Of a DNA stretch of 64,000 bases, positions 14,701-28,200 are shown piece by piece. The notes beneath the pieces are model-generated. The model had not been told where the DNA came from, did no database searches, and saw only the letters and a program-made list of their open reading frames with translations. Made by a program: the position numbers and the translations under genes. Source of the DNA: Phoronis australis (lineage: Eukaryota; Animalia; Phoronida); the NCBI GenBank assembly GCA_002633005.1, contig NMRA01000090.1:509986-573985 (forward strand). Reading direction: 5' to 3'. Each line of letters begins with the position of its first letter. The stretch's first letter is position 1.

Positions 14701-17700
14701 GTGGTTTCCCTGACGTTAATTCTAACTCAACCGTTACGTCAAATACCAATATGTTTGAGGACATAGCCAGCTACGCTTGTGACCCTGGGTATGAANTCAA
14801 CCGTTACGTCAAATACCAATGTGTTTGAGGACATAGCCAGCTACGCCTGTGACCCTGGGTATGAACAAGTTAATGGCAACATTTCAAGAATATGTCAGTC
14901 CAACAAGACATGGAGTGGAACGGCATTGATGTGTGCAAGTAAGTTAGTCTAAGGACTTGTTTTCATACAATGACACCAATAGCAATCTGAACTTCTGAAT
15001 CAAATAATCAACTTGGGCAGATTTTGGTGAATCAATTGACTTGTTATATGTGGCTGTTAAGCTAAATCCTAGGGAATGTCCACGTTTTTCACAGGAAAGT
15101 CCGGTGACGATCGTCAATATGTTCCTTATCTTTCAGGAGTAAACTGCGGAAATCCTGATGTTAAATCTAACTCAACTGTTACGTCAAGTAGTAACGTGTT
15201 TGAAGATATTGCCAACTACACTTGCGATCCAGGATACGAGCCATCTGGTGGGAACTATTCTCGGACTTGCCAGTCCGATAAGTCATGGAGCGGAACGGCG
15301 TTACAGTGTTCACGTAAGTTTGAGTACGTCGTTGTGTTCAAAGGTTAATGGATGTAGAGTTTAAGTTTTTGAAAGTCCAAAAATATCTCAGCAAGTCATT
15401 CTCAGGTAATATCATCCGTTATTCCTGCTTGAACGTAAACGATTTTTCAAGATGCGCGTGCCTGGTATCATTGTTAAAAAGGGGTTTTCCACATGCTGAA
15501 ACGCGTGAATTTCACGATCTCACGATACATTTGATGGAATATTCGGTGGGTAGCCCCAATTGCATGAATTCTGGTGTTTTTCTTTCTCAATAAGCAATGG
15601 AGAAATAACATAACTTTCATGCTCTTTCAGGTACAAACTGTGGCCTTCCCGATGTCAACTCGAACTCAACTGTTACATCAATTACCAACATATTTGGAGA
15701 CGTTGCAAGCTATGCATGTGATGTTGGATACGAACAATCTGGTGGCAACCGCATTCGAACTTGCTTATCCAATACGTCGTGGAGCGGAACGGCGCTGAAA
15801 TGTTCACGTAAGTTGGTCTAAAAGCATGGCTTTTTTCCTCTATTGAAGCCTGCAACATTCGAAACTGGTTCCATATGCATTATTGTCAACATATTTCAAG
15901 GGAAATGATTGAGGTTATATTTGTGATTTTTCAATTAGAGCTGATGCAATACTCACCATTATTCCTGTAAGATTGAACGATCATCCGATATTCTCTCGTA
16001 TTTAGGAGTGAACTGTGGTTCTCCTGATGTCAATTCCAACTCATCCGTTACTTCAAGTACAAATGAGTTTGGGGAAAGCGTAGCCTACAGTTGTAATGAA
16101 GGGTACGAGAAAACTGGTGGCAACCTGTCACGAAGTTGCCAGTCCGATAAGTCATGGAGCGGATCGGCAATTGAGTGCGCAAGTAAGTGACGCCATTTAG
16201 AAATCAGTAAATGATCAATGTGGATCTCGTTTTGATAATATCGCTGCCAATCCCGAAATATTTCCTTTTCAAGTCTTCATTAAAATGAACGAGAACATGC
16301 TTGATCTATCCGTTGTACCATTGCGTTAATAGGAGTTTTTTCATACTGAAAAAGGAACTGATGATCCACCAAATGTATGTATAAATATTGATATATTGCT
16401 CACAGGAGTAAGCTGCGGGTCTCCTGATGTCAATTCTAACACAAGCGTTACGTCAAGAACGTATTTATTTGAGGACACCGCCAACTACGCCTGTTTCCCC
16501 GGGTTTGACCAATCTGGTGGCAACTTTTCAAGGACTTGTCAGTCGGATAAGTCGTGGAGTGGATCAGCACTGACATGTGCAAGTGAGTTGGCTTATAACT
16601 ATGTTGTGTATTGGTGGCAGAAGAAGTGTCTTGTATCCCTCATTCAAGGAAATTCGCAAAGTGTGAACTTAGACGGATGACCTTGTTTGCATTTGTGAAT
16701 GATATGCCTTTATTTTGACCGTTTCACGTGATTGGTTTCATCAATGCTGGTCATATGCCAGACACTTGCGGCGTGATTTATTTGCGCTTGAACGCACTCG
16801 AACATGGAGATTTGGTTTATGATTCTCGTACTACAACGTGTACTCCGTTTCATCTCTACTATTTGTAATCATTTTTATGTTAAATTTGCATCGCCTTGAG
16901 TTATAAATGCGAATCCATGCAGAATGTTGCCTTTTATAGGTTTAACTTTGTTCGATCTTGCGAAAATCCGTAAATTTTATCTCTTGAGGTGCAACTGTAT
17001 TGACTTTCTCATGTTAAACAATTTAAGTATCACCATTACTTCGATCTTATCTAAAGGAGAAAGCTGTGGTTTCCCTGACGTTAATTCTAACTCAACCGTT
17101 ACGTCAAATACCAATGTGTTTGAGGACATAGCCAGCTACGCTTGTGACCCTGGGTATGAACAAGTTGATGGCAACATTTCAAGAATATGTCAGTCCAACA
17201 AGACATGGAGTGGAACGGCATTGATGTGTGCAAGTAAGTTAGTCTAAGAACTTGTTTTCATACATTGACAGCAATAGCAATCTGAACTTTTGAATAAAAT
17301 AATCAACTTGGGCAGATTTGTGGTGAATCAATTGACTTGTTATATGTGGCTGTTCAAGCTAAATCTTGAGGAATGTCCACGTTTTTCACAGGAAAGTCCG
17401 GGGACGGTCGTCAATATGTTCCTTATCTTTCAGGAGTAAACTGCGGAAATCCTGATATTAATTCTGACTCAACTGTTACGTCAAGTAGTAACGTGTTTAA
17501 AGACATCGCTTACTACGCATGTGATCCAGGATACGAACGATCTGGTGGAAACTATTCTCGGGCTTGCCAGTCCAACAAGTCATGGAGCGGAACGGCGATA
17601 AAGTGTACACGTAAGTTAACCATATTGGTGTGTTATACGATGAGCAAATGTATATTTGAAGTTTTGGACGTTCAAAAATGTCTAGGTCAGTCCTCCTAAA

Positions 17701-20700
17701 TTTTTTTGTTGCGTTATTATTGGTAGAACGCTTGCTTGGTTCGCCTGTCAGTGTTTTCATTGACATGGAGGGTTTTGTTTTAATTATGAAGCCGGTGAAA
17801 TTGACGATGGTATTTCAGATGAAATGTGCGAAACGATAACCTCAATTCTATGGAGTCTGGCGTCTTTTTCATTTTCACTGTAGACTTGCAATCATGCTCT
17901 TGCAGGTATAAGCTGCGGTCCTCCCGATGTTAATTCCAACTCAACTGTTACATCAAGTACCAATGTACTTGGGGACACCGCAAGTTATGCATGTGATGTT
18001 GGATATAATCAGTCTGGTGGCAACCACACTCGTACTTGCTTATCAAATAAGTCCTGGAACGGAACGTCGTTAAAATGTTCACGTGAGTTTTCTTGTATTG
18101 GTTCATACGGTGTTCGAGGCTTTTACAAAACCCTTTCCTGTAGTCATATTTATGGAATCAGTTGGCATATTCAACCCCAAAAATTTCCTCGAAACGGCTG
18201 TATCTACCTTAACCAGAGAAAGCACAGAAAATTTTCTCTGTGCTATGCCATGCACGTGATGTAGAACTTGAACTATTTCACGGTCATCCATTCAAGACGT
18301 TCTTTCAAATTATGCACTGAGCGAAACGACCGCATAATACATGTATGCTTGGATTACATGATCAATTCTGTTATAGTTATCAAGTGCGATCCTTTAAAGA
18401 CTACTAATGCCATGCCCATGTATACGGACAAACTATTTGATCCCGGAGAAACCTTGTCTTATTCGTGTTTGCCTGGATTTAAAGCCGCCAACGGAAGTGC
18501 TACAGTACAGTGCCAGGTTGGAGGATCCTGGAATGACTCCGGCTTATGGTGTCAAGGTAAAATGTGATTCGTACACTGAGTTGGTAACTCTATAGGATAT
18601 ATTAGCCTTTTGTTTGGTCTGCAATTTTCATGCATTAGCAAATTCATTGTAGTGCACAAAATCGTGGTAAGACAGCTCCCAAAATATACAGGCGATCCTC
18701 ATTTATACTAATTATCATTATCATTTTGTTTTTATTGCTGCTGTTGATTTTGTTATTGTTAGCACTATCATAATCTGTATCATAATTATCATCATCATCA
18801 TTATTATTATTACACTGCTTTTAGAACGTCATTGTAGTGCAACTTTCGTCCGGATATATTCCCACACATACCGAAATTATGTCTGACATAAGTCTGAGTT
18901 ATGCCTGACATAAATTAGAATTATGTCAGACAATAATCACATTTATGTCACTCATAACTTAAATATTTCATGTTTGGCATAAGTTTGTAATGATATCGCA
19001 TATAATTCCCTAAAAACAACTTCCATTAACAAAACAACAACGCATGTACACGTATTTTTAATAAAATGTTTTTGTTTCTTGCGTACCACAGAAAATAATT
19101 ATTTGCCTCGTAAATTACGCCACTCATAATCTGCAGCCCCTTCGAGCGCCCCAGAGAAATTTCAACCAATCAGCGTAAAGTGGTACATATGACATCATCG
19201 TGGCAACGCAATTACTCCTAAGCCTCACTGCGTAACAGCTGAGTGTCATTTCTTGGACGTATTTGTAGGCTAGTTATCGGTCTGTGGGCTAAAATGTCAC
19301 GTTATGTAAGGGTGCAGCAATTTAGGCGGCTTTGGCATACATTTGTGCAATTTCCCCGCCGATCCCGTTATGTGTTGTGCATGGAATAGATTTGTATTCA
19401 CCACAAGGTGTAGCGAAAAAATTCCCGATGAGCAAGATCAGTTCTAGACATGGTGCAAAGCTGAATACGTAATATACGACTTTGCGCCTATGTGGGTGAA
19501 AGTTACCAAATATAATCTGACACAAAAGTAGCGTCTTCTTTGAGTAAACAACCCTATTTACCAGTCTTGGAAAAATTGACGTTTTATCGCTCAACTACTG
19601 GTAAAATTGTTACGCGGCCTTTTGGGTCGGTCTTTTTGCAAGATTGACGTTGGTTTCGTAAAATAGACTAGAACAATGATAAATTTCTCGCATGCGCATT
19701 CGACGAAAGATGTAAAAGCTACGTAAAATAAAACAACTTGTTACTTTTAGGAGGGGCATAGCAACGTAAAATGTAACAATGACGTAAAATTAATGGTTGT
19801 TACACATTACGAAATTGTTACATTTTACGGCGTATCAGTGCCTCTTAGCCGTTGCAGTTTTTCTGCAGCCCTCGTCTTGTCAGTGCGACCATTCTGTTGG
19901 GTTGGACATAAAGTTGGTAAGTGTGCTTTTTGTTCAAGCCAAAGCTTTGAGTAACCACATTTGATACTTGAAGCACAGTTTGATGGTTCAATGATTTCTA
20001 TGTTCTAGAAATAAACGAATGCGACTCGTCGCCCTGCCTGAATGGTGGAAAGTGTAAAGACTTGTTACAGGCCTACAGATGCTCGTGTACCTTAGCTTGG
20101 AGTGGGGACAGATGTGAGACTGGTAAGACTGGGCGTAGACGGATAGAGGAATGGTATTTGTCTGTTACTCTTGATCGGGGTCCTGGCTCCACCTTAAAGC
20201 CTAACACATCTCATGTTTAACTCGTAATGTAGATTCTGCTGTGAGTGACACGTTTGAAATCTAATGAATAGTGTTGCTCACCGGTATCCAGTGTAGATGT
20301 TAAACGTCATCTTAGTATCTGCAGTTGTATCATTTAAATCTTTGAAGCAAAATTAAAATATGCATCTTTTAAAACATGAACATTTTGGAGCAAATTTGAA
20401 GGTTCATTACAATGCTATAATCAATGATCCCTAGGCAGTAGGTTTATTGACTTGTTTCAACGTTTCCCCTTTGATTCATATGAGGAATATTCCATAATTG
20501 ACAATTATTACTAGAGTTAACTGCGTTTGATATTTGCGTGTAATTTGACAATTTGGTGACTCGTGCATTTTAGCAGAGAGATTCAAACACTGTTTGTCAC
20601 ATTAAACAAACAAAACGAGGAAAAGAGTTCGAATGAGCTGTAAAAACAGGCTTTGTAAAATCACACCGCTTTCTAGAAGTAGAATATGTAGCCAGATTAA

Positions 20701-22192
20701 TTTCCAAACATCTGAACTCCTCCACTTTCCTCACTGAAGAAAAAAAATATTGTTAGTCTACAGTAACACCTTTCAAACAAATTGGTTGAGCCCGGCGAAA
20801 ATGTAAATAATATGGACGCCAAAGCTGTGTTATATCTTGTTAATCGAGTCATGCAACAGACAAATATTGAAAATGACCTACATTTACCCGATCATTGAAG
20901 TTTTAATTTGTACCCTAAATAACGCATCCATTTGTTTTTACAGTGTTCCAGAGTTTCAATGGTATTATGATTTCTAAGTTTCAGAAATTACAGAGTAACT
21001 CTTACTGTGCTGAAATCTACAATCTGTTGAACATCGCTCTAACCATGCAGGCTTATTTGTAAGGTCTTTCATAACCTGAACAGTACTTTGTTTCTGTCAG
21101 TTAGTAATTTCTTTCTTACGTACTCGCGGCTTTTACCGTGAATACAGGAAATGGGTTTCTTAGTTCTTGATTGGATGTTGCCCTACCATGCAGCACTATC
21201 TAGTGATAACCATGTGTGACAGTTTAATTCATTTAATTAAACTTTGTCTTTAATGCAAAAATTGTCATACTTCAGCCATGGGAACTTTTTAATATATGGA
21301 TTAGAAATGCTTAATTTACTTATACAACAATGAGTTTTCCAGACGAAAATACTAGCGAAATGTTCTCTTACAGCTCAGTGCCCACCCACTGACTATTTTG
21401 TGTGCGTGCTTGCACACGCGCATGTATGAAATATATGCTTAATTCGCTGTTGTTGATTTTTCTGTATTTAAATTCTCTTACAGCTAAGCAAGTTTGTACA
21501 TATCCCTATTATAAAGGAAATGTCATTCGTGATAAGATACAGCAAATTCAACTTCAATACCTAGGCGATGGTTTCAATATCCAAGGTTGGAAACGCACTA
21601 AACTTTGGGTAAATTGAATTTACTTGTCATTTGCCTGCACTATTTCTTTAACTAGCATTTTCATACAATGACTTAAATGTACTACGTTTTCTTAACGCAG
21701 CATGAATTATTTGCATGCGTCTACCACTGTTGAGGAGCATATTTCGTTGATATTTTGCACAATCGAATTTCCCTTATCTCTGTCTGTTAAGTTTGGCAAA
21801 AGCACTTGACGATATGCGAGTATACCGTGGTGTGGCCTGTTGGTCGTTTTAGCTTTCTAGTGCGCCAAATTTTGACTAAACGACTTCAGGTGATGAATTT
21901 TGCCAAAATTTAGTTCTCAGGTATGCATACATAGGGACTGAACCACCACTAGCCGCTTTTCTGACGGAATCGACGTTCCTAGGAATGCTATTTTACAAAA
22001 GGTTTCCCTTATCCGTCGATTATTGCCATAGCGGCTTTGCAGATTTTAATGATATTTGACACAAGTTTATGGCTGACAAACTCCGACACCACTGGCTTTG
22101 GCCAAGATTGGACTATCTGGCACTCAGCCCTATTGGCCGTTTCAGTGATCTACAATTATTTTCAAAAACGGCTTTATGGAATTTGACATGTG

Positions 22193-22252
<60 letters not shown>

Positions 22253-25200
22253 TTTTTGGCAAAAGATTTGTTGTCAAGATGTTTACTGTCAAACTGCTTT
22301 ATGTACTTTAATGAAACTTGAGACCACGGTGTTTGGTTGAGAGGTTGGGATGATTACTGGACATATTTGACTATAATAGTACCCCTACTGGACATTTTAA
22401 TCATTCGTGATATTTGTGGACCTTTATTTTTATCAAAATGGCTCGGCAGATTTCTGATCGACCTCTAGACAGAGATGCATGGCTGGTATGTTCCAGCATC
22501 AGTCCGGCATTGACCAAAATAGTCTAGCGACTCTTACAAACATTTCTAGAAGCATACATACACCGTCTGTGGGTGAGTTTAGGCACATTTCAACACTTTG
22601 CATAACTCTTTTTTTAGATTGCAAGGGATGGTTACATTGCATTTGATCAGAAGATTGTAATGGGAGGAGAAGAGCTGCTTCGGGCCAGTTACACTAAGAC
22701 ACTGCTAGCAGTGTTCTGGAAAAAGCAAGATATCGGTCCTGAATCTGCAATATACAGTAGAGAGGTTTATCGCTACAAAGGCGACCTCTCAGAGGAAGAG
22801 CAAGTTTTGCTTGATTTAGCTACCAATGACGTAAGAGTAAACGAAGGTCTTCCAGCCTTTTCTGCGAGCTGGGTATTGGTAGTCACCTGGAAACGTATGA
22901 GAAGATCTTGTTGGGGCTTTTGTTTGCGGTATAATAAAGTAAGTTTGTCTTTTTCTGTACCAATAAACGTACGTCTTGTGATTGTGTAATGGTCATTACA
23001 GTGAAGAAGCAAACGTGGCTTACGTGTCTTAGTTATGATCTACGTCTTCCCGATGGCGGTATGATGAATCTTTAAGTTGTTGTTGCCCACAGTCTGCAAC
23101 GTTTTGACATTTTGAGAGTTTGAGTTATGAACTAAAAGAGTACTAATGGTGATCTTGAAAGCTTAATGTTAACATCTAGTAATACTATTTAGAATTTCGA
23201 GTTGCTTCTAATTAGAACACGGTGATGTGTATAGAACACTGAGGTTAACCAAATACCCTGGGTCGATTTGACCGCTATGTTGACGTCGAGAAATGGCGTT
23301 GAAAGCTGCGTTTGTAACGTTTCAGGTTGGATTCAACTACCAGGCTATTCTCATCACAGACAGCATGAAGACTTTCGTGCGATATAACTACATGCCATCA
23401 AATACTGACGACTGGCGAATGATATATATGGGTTGGAGCGACAGGAAATCCTGGAATTACTATGCGCCTTTCTTATCCGGCACTCGCGCCATGAGATATG
23501 CGTATCAGCTTCCGGGAAATTTGGGCAGCAAGGCGCCATGTATGTGTTTTGGTTGATTACCTATTGTTGCGTAGTCTTGCTATTTTATTTTGAATTGCTT
23601 TTGTCGTGCCTTTCAAACATGTAGGCTTGGATTTACCGAGATCAGATGCATGGTTTGATTGCTACTAACATTGAGAACTTTGCTGTGCTTAAAATTCTTT
23701 TTATCGAAAGAAGTCATCCACTGCACAATCAAGCTCGTTTTGAGTTTTATGCAGCTTGATGAAATTCAGTTGTCGGTATGGGCACTAAGTCAACTAAAGT
23801 GTTCTGCATATAAGGTTTTGCTTATTGCACTTACTTGTATATCTATCAACACTGTAGTCGTGAGTTATTCATATTTGTGCACCACTTCATCAGACATGTT
23901 TACAATGTTGTAATCATTGTAAAACTATTAGATATTTTTGCAAATGTGATGAAATCCGTTTTCCACTGACTATACTTATTAAAAGGCAACGGTGTTTGGT
24001 GGTTCAACGTGGACGGCGAAGATATCGACAAACCGAATGCCAATCAGCATTGTCTACAATGGGCGTTTGCTCAGTTCCGACTGTCTCTGTGGTGGCATGA
24101 CTGGGCCAGAGCACGAGGCTGTCCCCCTGACCTCTTCACAGCACAGACCGATCGACGATACAGACACTTAAACCCATACCTACGCAATCCTATTTGTTTG
24201 GACTACAGAAGATCCCGCCGACCATTTGGATTCGTGAGTAACTTTTGAACAACTTTTTACTCTAAATGTTCAATCTTGTTTCGCGCGTGTCTTGCTTTCT
24301 CCTGTAATATCTTATGGTCATTGTATAAGACCATGTTCTTCTGTTGTAGTCTTGTTGTTACGGACGCGATGGTGCGCTTCTCCTCAGTCCTCCATCAGCT
24401 GGCTTCTTCCACCGAGCACATTACACGTCTAGTCGTCAACACAGGAAGCACGACTTGATTCCATATGAGGCTTGTTGCCTTCATTCCAATAACTGCGATC
24501 TATTTTACAAATACAGACCGGTAATCACATCACAAAGATATAGGCGTCCGCGAAGAGGTAAGAGTGACATATTGCTTTAAAGCTATGACATCGAACTTCC
24601 GAGTGCGTTATTAAGCCAAGTCATCGTGCAATTCACATGGTTAGTTCAAACATTGTTAATTGTCGTTGTCTTTAAAGCTTCTTGCGAGGATACTTCGAAT
24701 AGGTATGAGACACATGTAAAGGTATTTGATGAGCATTTGATCTATAGGTATCCTTGTTTGTTGAGTTTAAAACTCGAAGAAGTCCCCACGTTTATTCAAT
24801 TATTTATTCAACAAAGACTGGCCACCCAAATAAAAATTGTACCTACGTAGACGTATCCCGCATTAGCGCTGTCGTTCGAGCACTGATTTGTCCACAAATT
24901 CACAAATCAAGTTGGTGTAGTGGCCGTTTCCTTATCTGCTTTATGGCATACAGTACATCTTGTAAGAAAAAGTGCCGGAAGAACTTCCTCGGGGAGGCCT
25001 TTATTGTTGAATTTCATATCCTTGTTTATGTGGGTGTTTTGAAGACTATATAGTGTTCTNACCTACGCAATCCTATTTGTTTGGACTACAGAAGATCCCG
25101 CCGACCATTTGGATTCGTGAGTAACTTTTGAACAACGTTTTACTATAAATGTTCAATCTTGTTTCGCGTGTGTCTTGCTTTCTCCTGTAATATCTTATGG

Positions 25201-28200
25201 TCATTGTATAAGACCGTGTTCTTCTGTTGTAGTCTTGTTGTTACGGACGCGATGGTGCGCTACTCCTCAATCCTCCATCAGCTGGCTTCTTCCACCGAGC
25301 ACATTACACGTCTAGTCGTCAACACAGGAAGCACGACTTGATTCCATATGAGGCTTGTTGCCTTCATTCCAATAACTGCGATCTATTTTACAAATACAGA
25401 CCGGTAATCACATCCCAAAGATATAGGCGTCCGCGAAGAGGTAAGAGTGACATCTTGCTTTAGAGCTATGACATCGAACTTCCGAGTGCATTATTAAGCC
25501 AAGTCATCGTGCAATTCACATGGTTACTTCAAACATTGTTAATTGTCGTCTTTAAAGCTTCTTGCGAGGATACTTCGAATAGGTATGAGAGGCATGTAAA
25601 GGTATTTGAAGAGCATTTGACCTATAAGTATCCTTGTTTGTTGAGTTTAAAACTCGAAGAAGTCCCCACGTTTATTCAATTACATATTCAACAAAGACTG
25701 ACCACCCAAATAAAAAATTGTACCTACGTAGACGTATCCCCCATTAGCGCTGTCGTTCGAGCACTGATTTTTCCACCAATTCACAAATGAAGTTAGTGTA
25801 GTGGCCGTTTCCTTATCTGCTTGATGGCATACATTTTGTAAGAAAAAGAGCCGGAAGAACTTCCTCGGGGTGGCCTCTATTATTGAAAGTTGTTGAATTT
25901 CATATCCTTGCTTATGTGGGTGTTTTGAAGACTATAGTGTTCTTGCGTCACGTTTTGGAACTGACTAATGTTTTGTGATTCAGCTGGAGGAAGGGGCGAC
26001 CCCCACGTTACGTCTATTGACGGGAAGCAGTTTACCTTCAACGGCCATGGAGAATTCACGCTGTTAGATTACAATGGCGGCGAGTTCAAGTTACAGACGC
26101 GACTAGTGAGACTAATTAACAAAGAAGGAATTCCAGTCAACGCCACTGTATATTCAGCTTTTGCTGCAAAAGATGTCGATTCGGACAGTATGCACATGGA
26201 GTTATCCGTCGATAAAACAGGTAGTTAGCCTTGTTTAACTCCCTCGTTTTGTTATTCACTTGGCTAACAGTTTAATATGCAAAAACGTTATTGTTTTGTC
26301 GCCTGACCACATTTATAACACAGTGTTCTTCTTCATCAGAACTGTATGACATTTTTATACAGGTCGGGAAGGCATAAAAAACAAATTAGTTTACGCTGGA
26401 GAGGTTTGTTAATATTAATCGGGAAACATTGATTTATTTGTATCAGAAGGTGGTCAGATGTTGTGGCCTTCAAAAATGGCACTGTAATTCTACTAAACAT
26501 CAATTTTACTTTAGTATGAAAACGAAACTGCAGAGTGAGAAACAAACGTGTTGTTTAGACCCCTATTTGAGGAACGTACTGGACTCGCTCGAATCAGGTG
26601 GTCAATGCACAAGCTATGTATTGAAACAGTGCGGCATGCGGATCTACGGAGAGTGAAAGAATTTGTGACATCTGCAGCATTTATAAGACTGAATTCGACC
26701 TTCATTCCATGTGTCCATGTGGGTGATGTGCGCCAACATTTGCTGGTGAAAATTATAGGCCGTCAATGCAAGAGCTAGTAGATACAGTAGCATGTTTCTT
26801 AGTCACGATTCTTGTGAATTAAAAAGTTTAGGGGTCATTATTTCAAGAGCAAATGCGCTAACTGAAAGCTGAGCTTTCACCATTGTAAAGTTAAGTGCAC
26901 TATAAATTGTATATGAGGCCAAGGCCTACATGCAATAGTAACATTTCCGATAGTAATGTTATCCGTCGGTATGGTCGTTTAAGGAGGTTCCATTTAAAAT
27001 TTGTATAAATCTTGTGAGTACCAACAGCAAAATCCATTGAGGTTGTCGGAACTGTTTTAACAGCCGAATTCGTGGAAATGAAGGTGCTGTGAACACACCT
27101 ATTGCTAAAAAAGATACCAACTTTTAGTTAAGTTTATTTGTCTAACTTGACCCTTCCGGTTCCTTACCAGCCAGTCCCATGCAACCAACAAACTGGTAGT
27201 TTTCAGTGACAGCAATGTTTTCAGTGCTTTCCAGTGATACTTCTTTTCTTCGATTTTTCGTCCGTTATTAGATTGGCATGTTCTTACCTGCTTTGATATA
27301 CATGTACTGCCATCAACTGTTTGCTGTGTTGTCAGAGGTTTCTGGTTTCATCTGTTGGATTGGTCAGATCACGAATAGCGACATCTGACACATCTGCAAG
27401 ACAAAAATCAAAAGTGATAGTCCACGGCTAGTTTCATCATCATTACCTCGTAACGGAGGTTACACCAACACACGAACCAATCAGATGGGAGAAGTATTCG
27501 CGGTTATGTAATAACACACTTGTTGAAGTTTTGCGCTCTCCGATGTTTTATTTACAATGACATTTGTAGATCTCGACGTGTACGTTAATGGCATACGTGT
27601 GGACGGGGAGTTTGAAGACAAAGAGTACACGAATGTCGACTTGACGAAGACAAACAGCTCAGCAACTGCCACCTTTATTTCAGGTACAACGCGTACATGT
27701 AACCCGTATTGTATCTTTCACTGACGTAATGACGTAATTTCAATTATCTATAGACTTCAAGTGCACAAATTTGTTTGTGACAAATTGACATTATGTTTAA
27801 AAAACTTGGCGTCATAAAAATATTTTTTAACATCTTGAATGACTGTTTGGCTTGCATTTGTTCTGCGGTATAGTTAACTTGGGGGATAATCGATAATGGC
27901 GTAGCAAATGAACTTTAGATTGCCGCCACGAAAATCAAGCTGTCACCAGTAGTACATTCTGTGTCGAACGTCGGTGGTCCGCTTTTAGCGACCCTGGTGG
28001 CCACGACTAAAACTGTGCTTTTGTGAATTGAACAGTAAGTTATACATTTATGTGTGTTTTCTAGCGTGCAACCATTCAAACATATGCCTTTTATGTTTGG
28101 CTTGCCTATTTTAGGTCTCACTTTTGATTACTGTTTGAGCTAGAAGTCACGATTTGATATAAACTTAAACAAACGATTTTATAAAGGTGGCTTTAAGTTG

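Noticed and set aside
23521-23530. GC donor after ...PGNLG in the NIDO exon
   Set aside because: Poor GC-donor context; the canonical GT at 23540 gives the same phase
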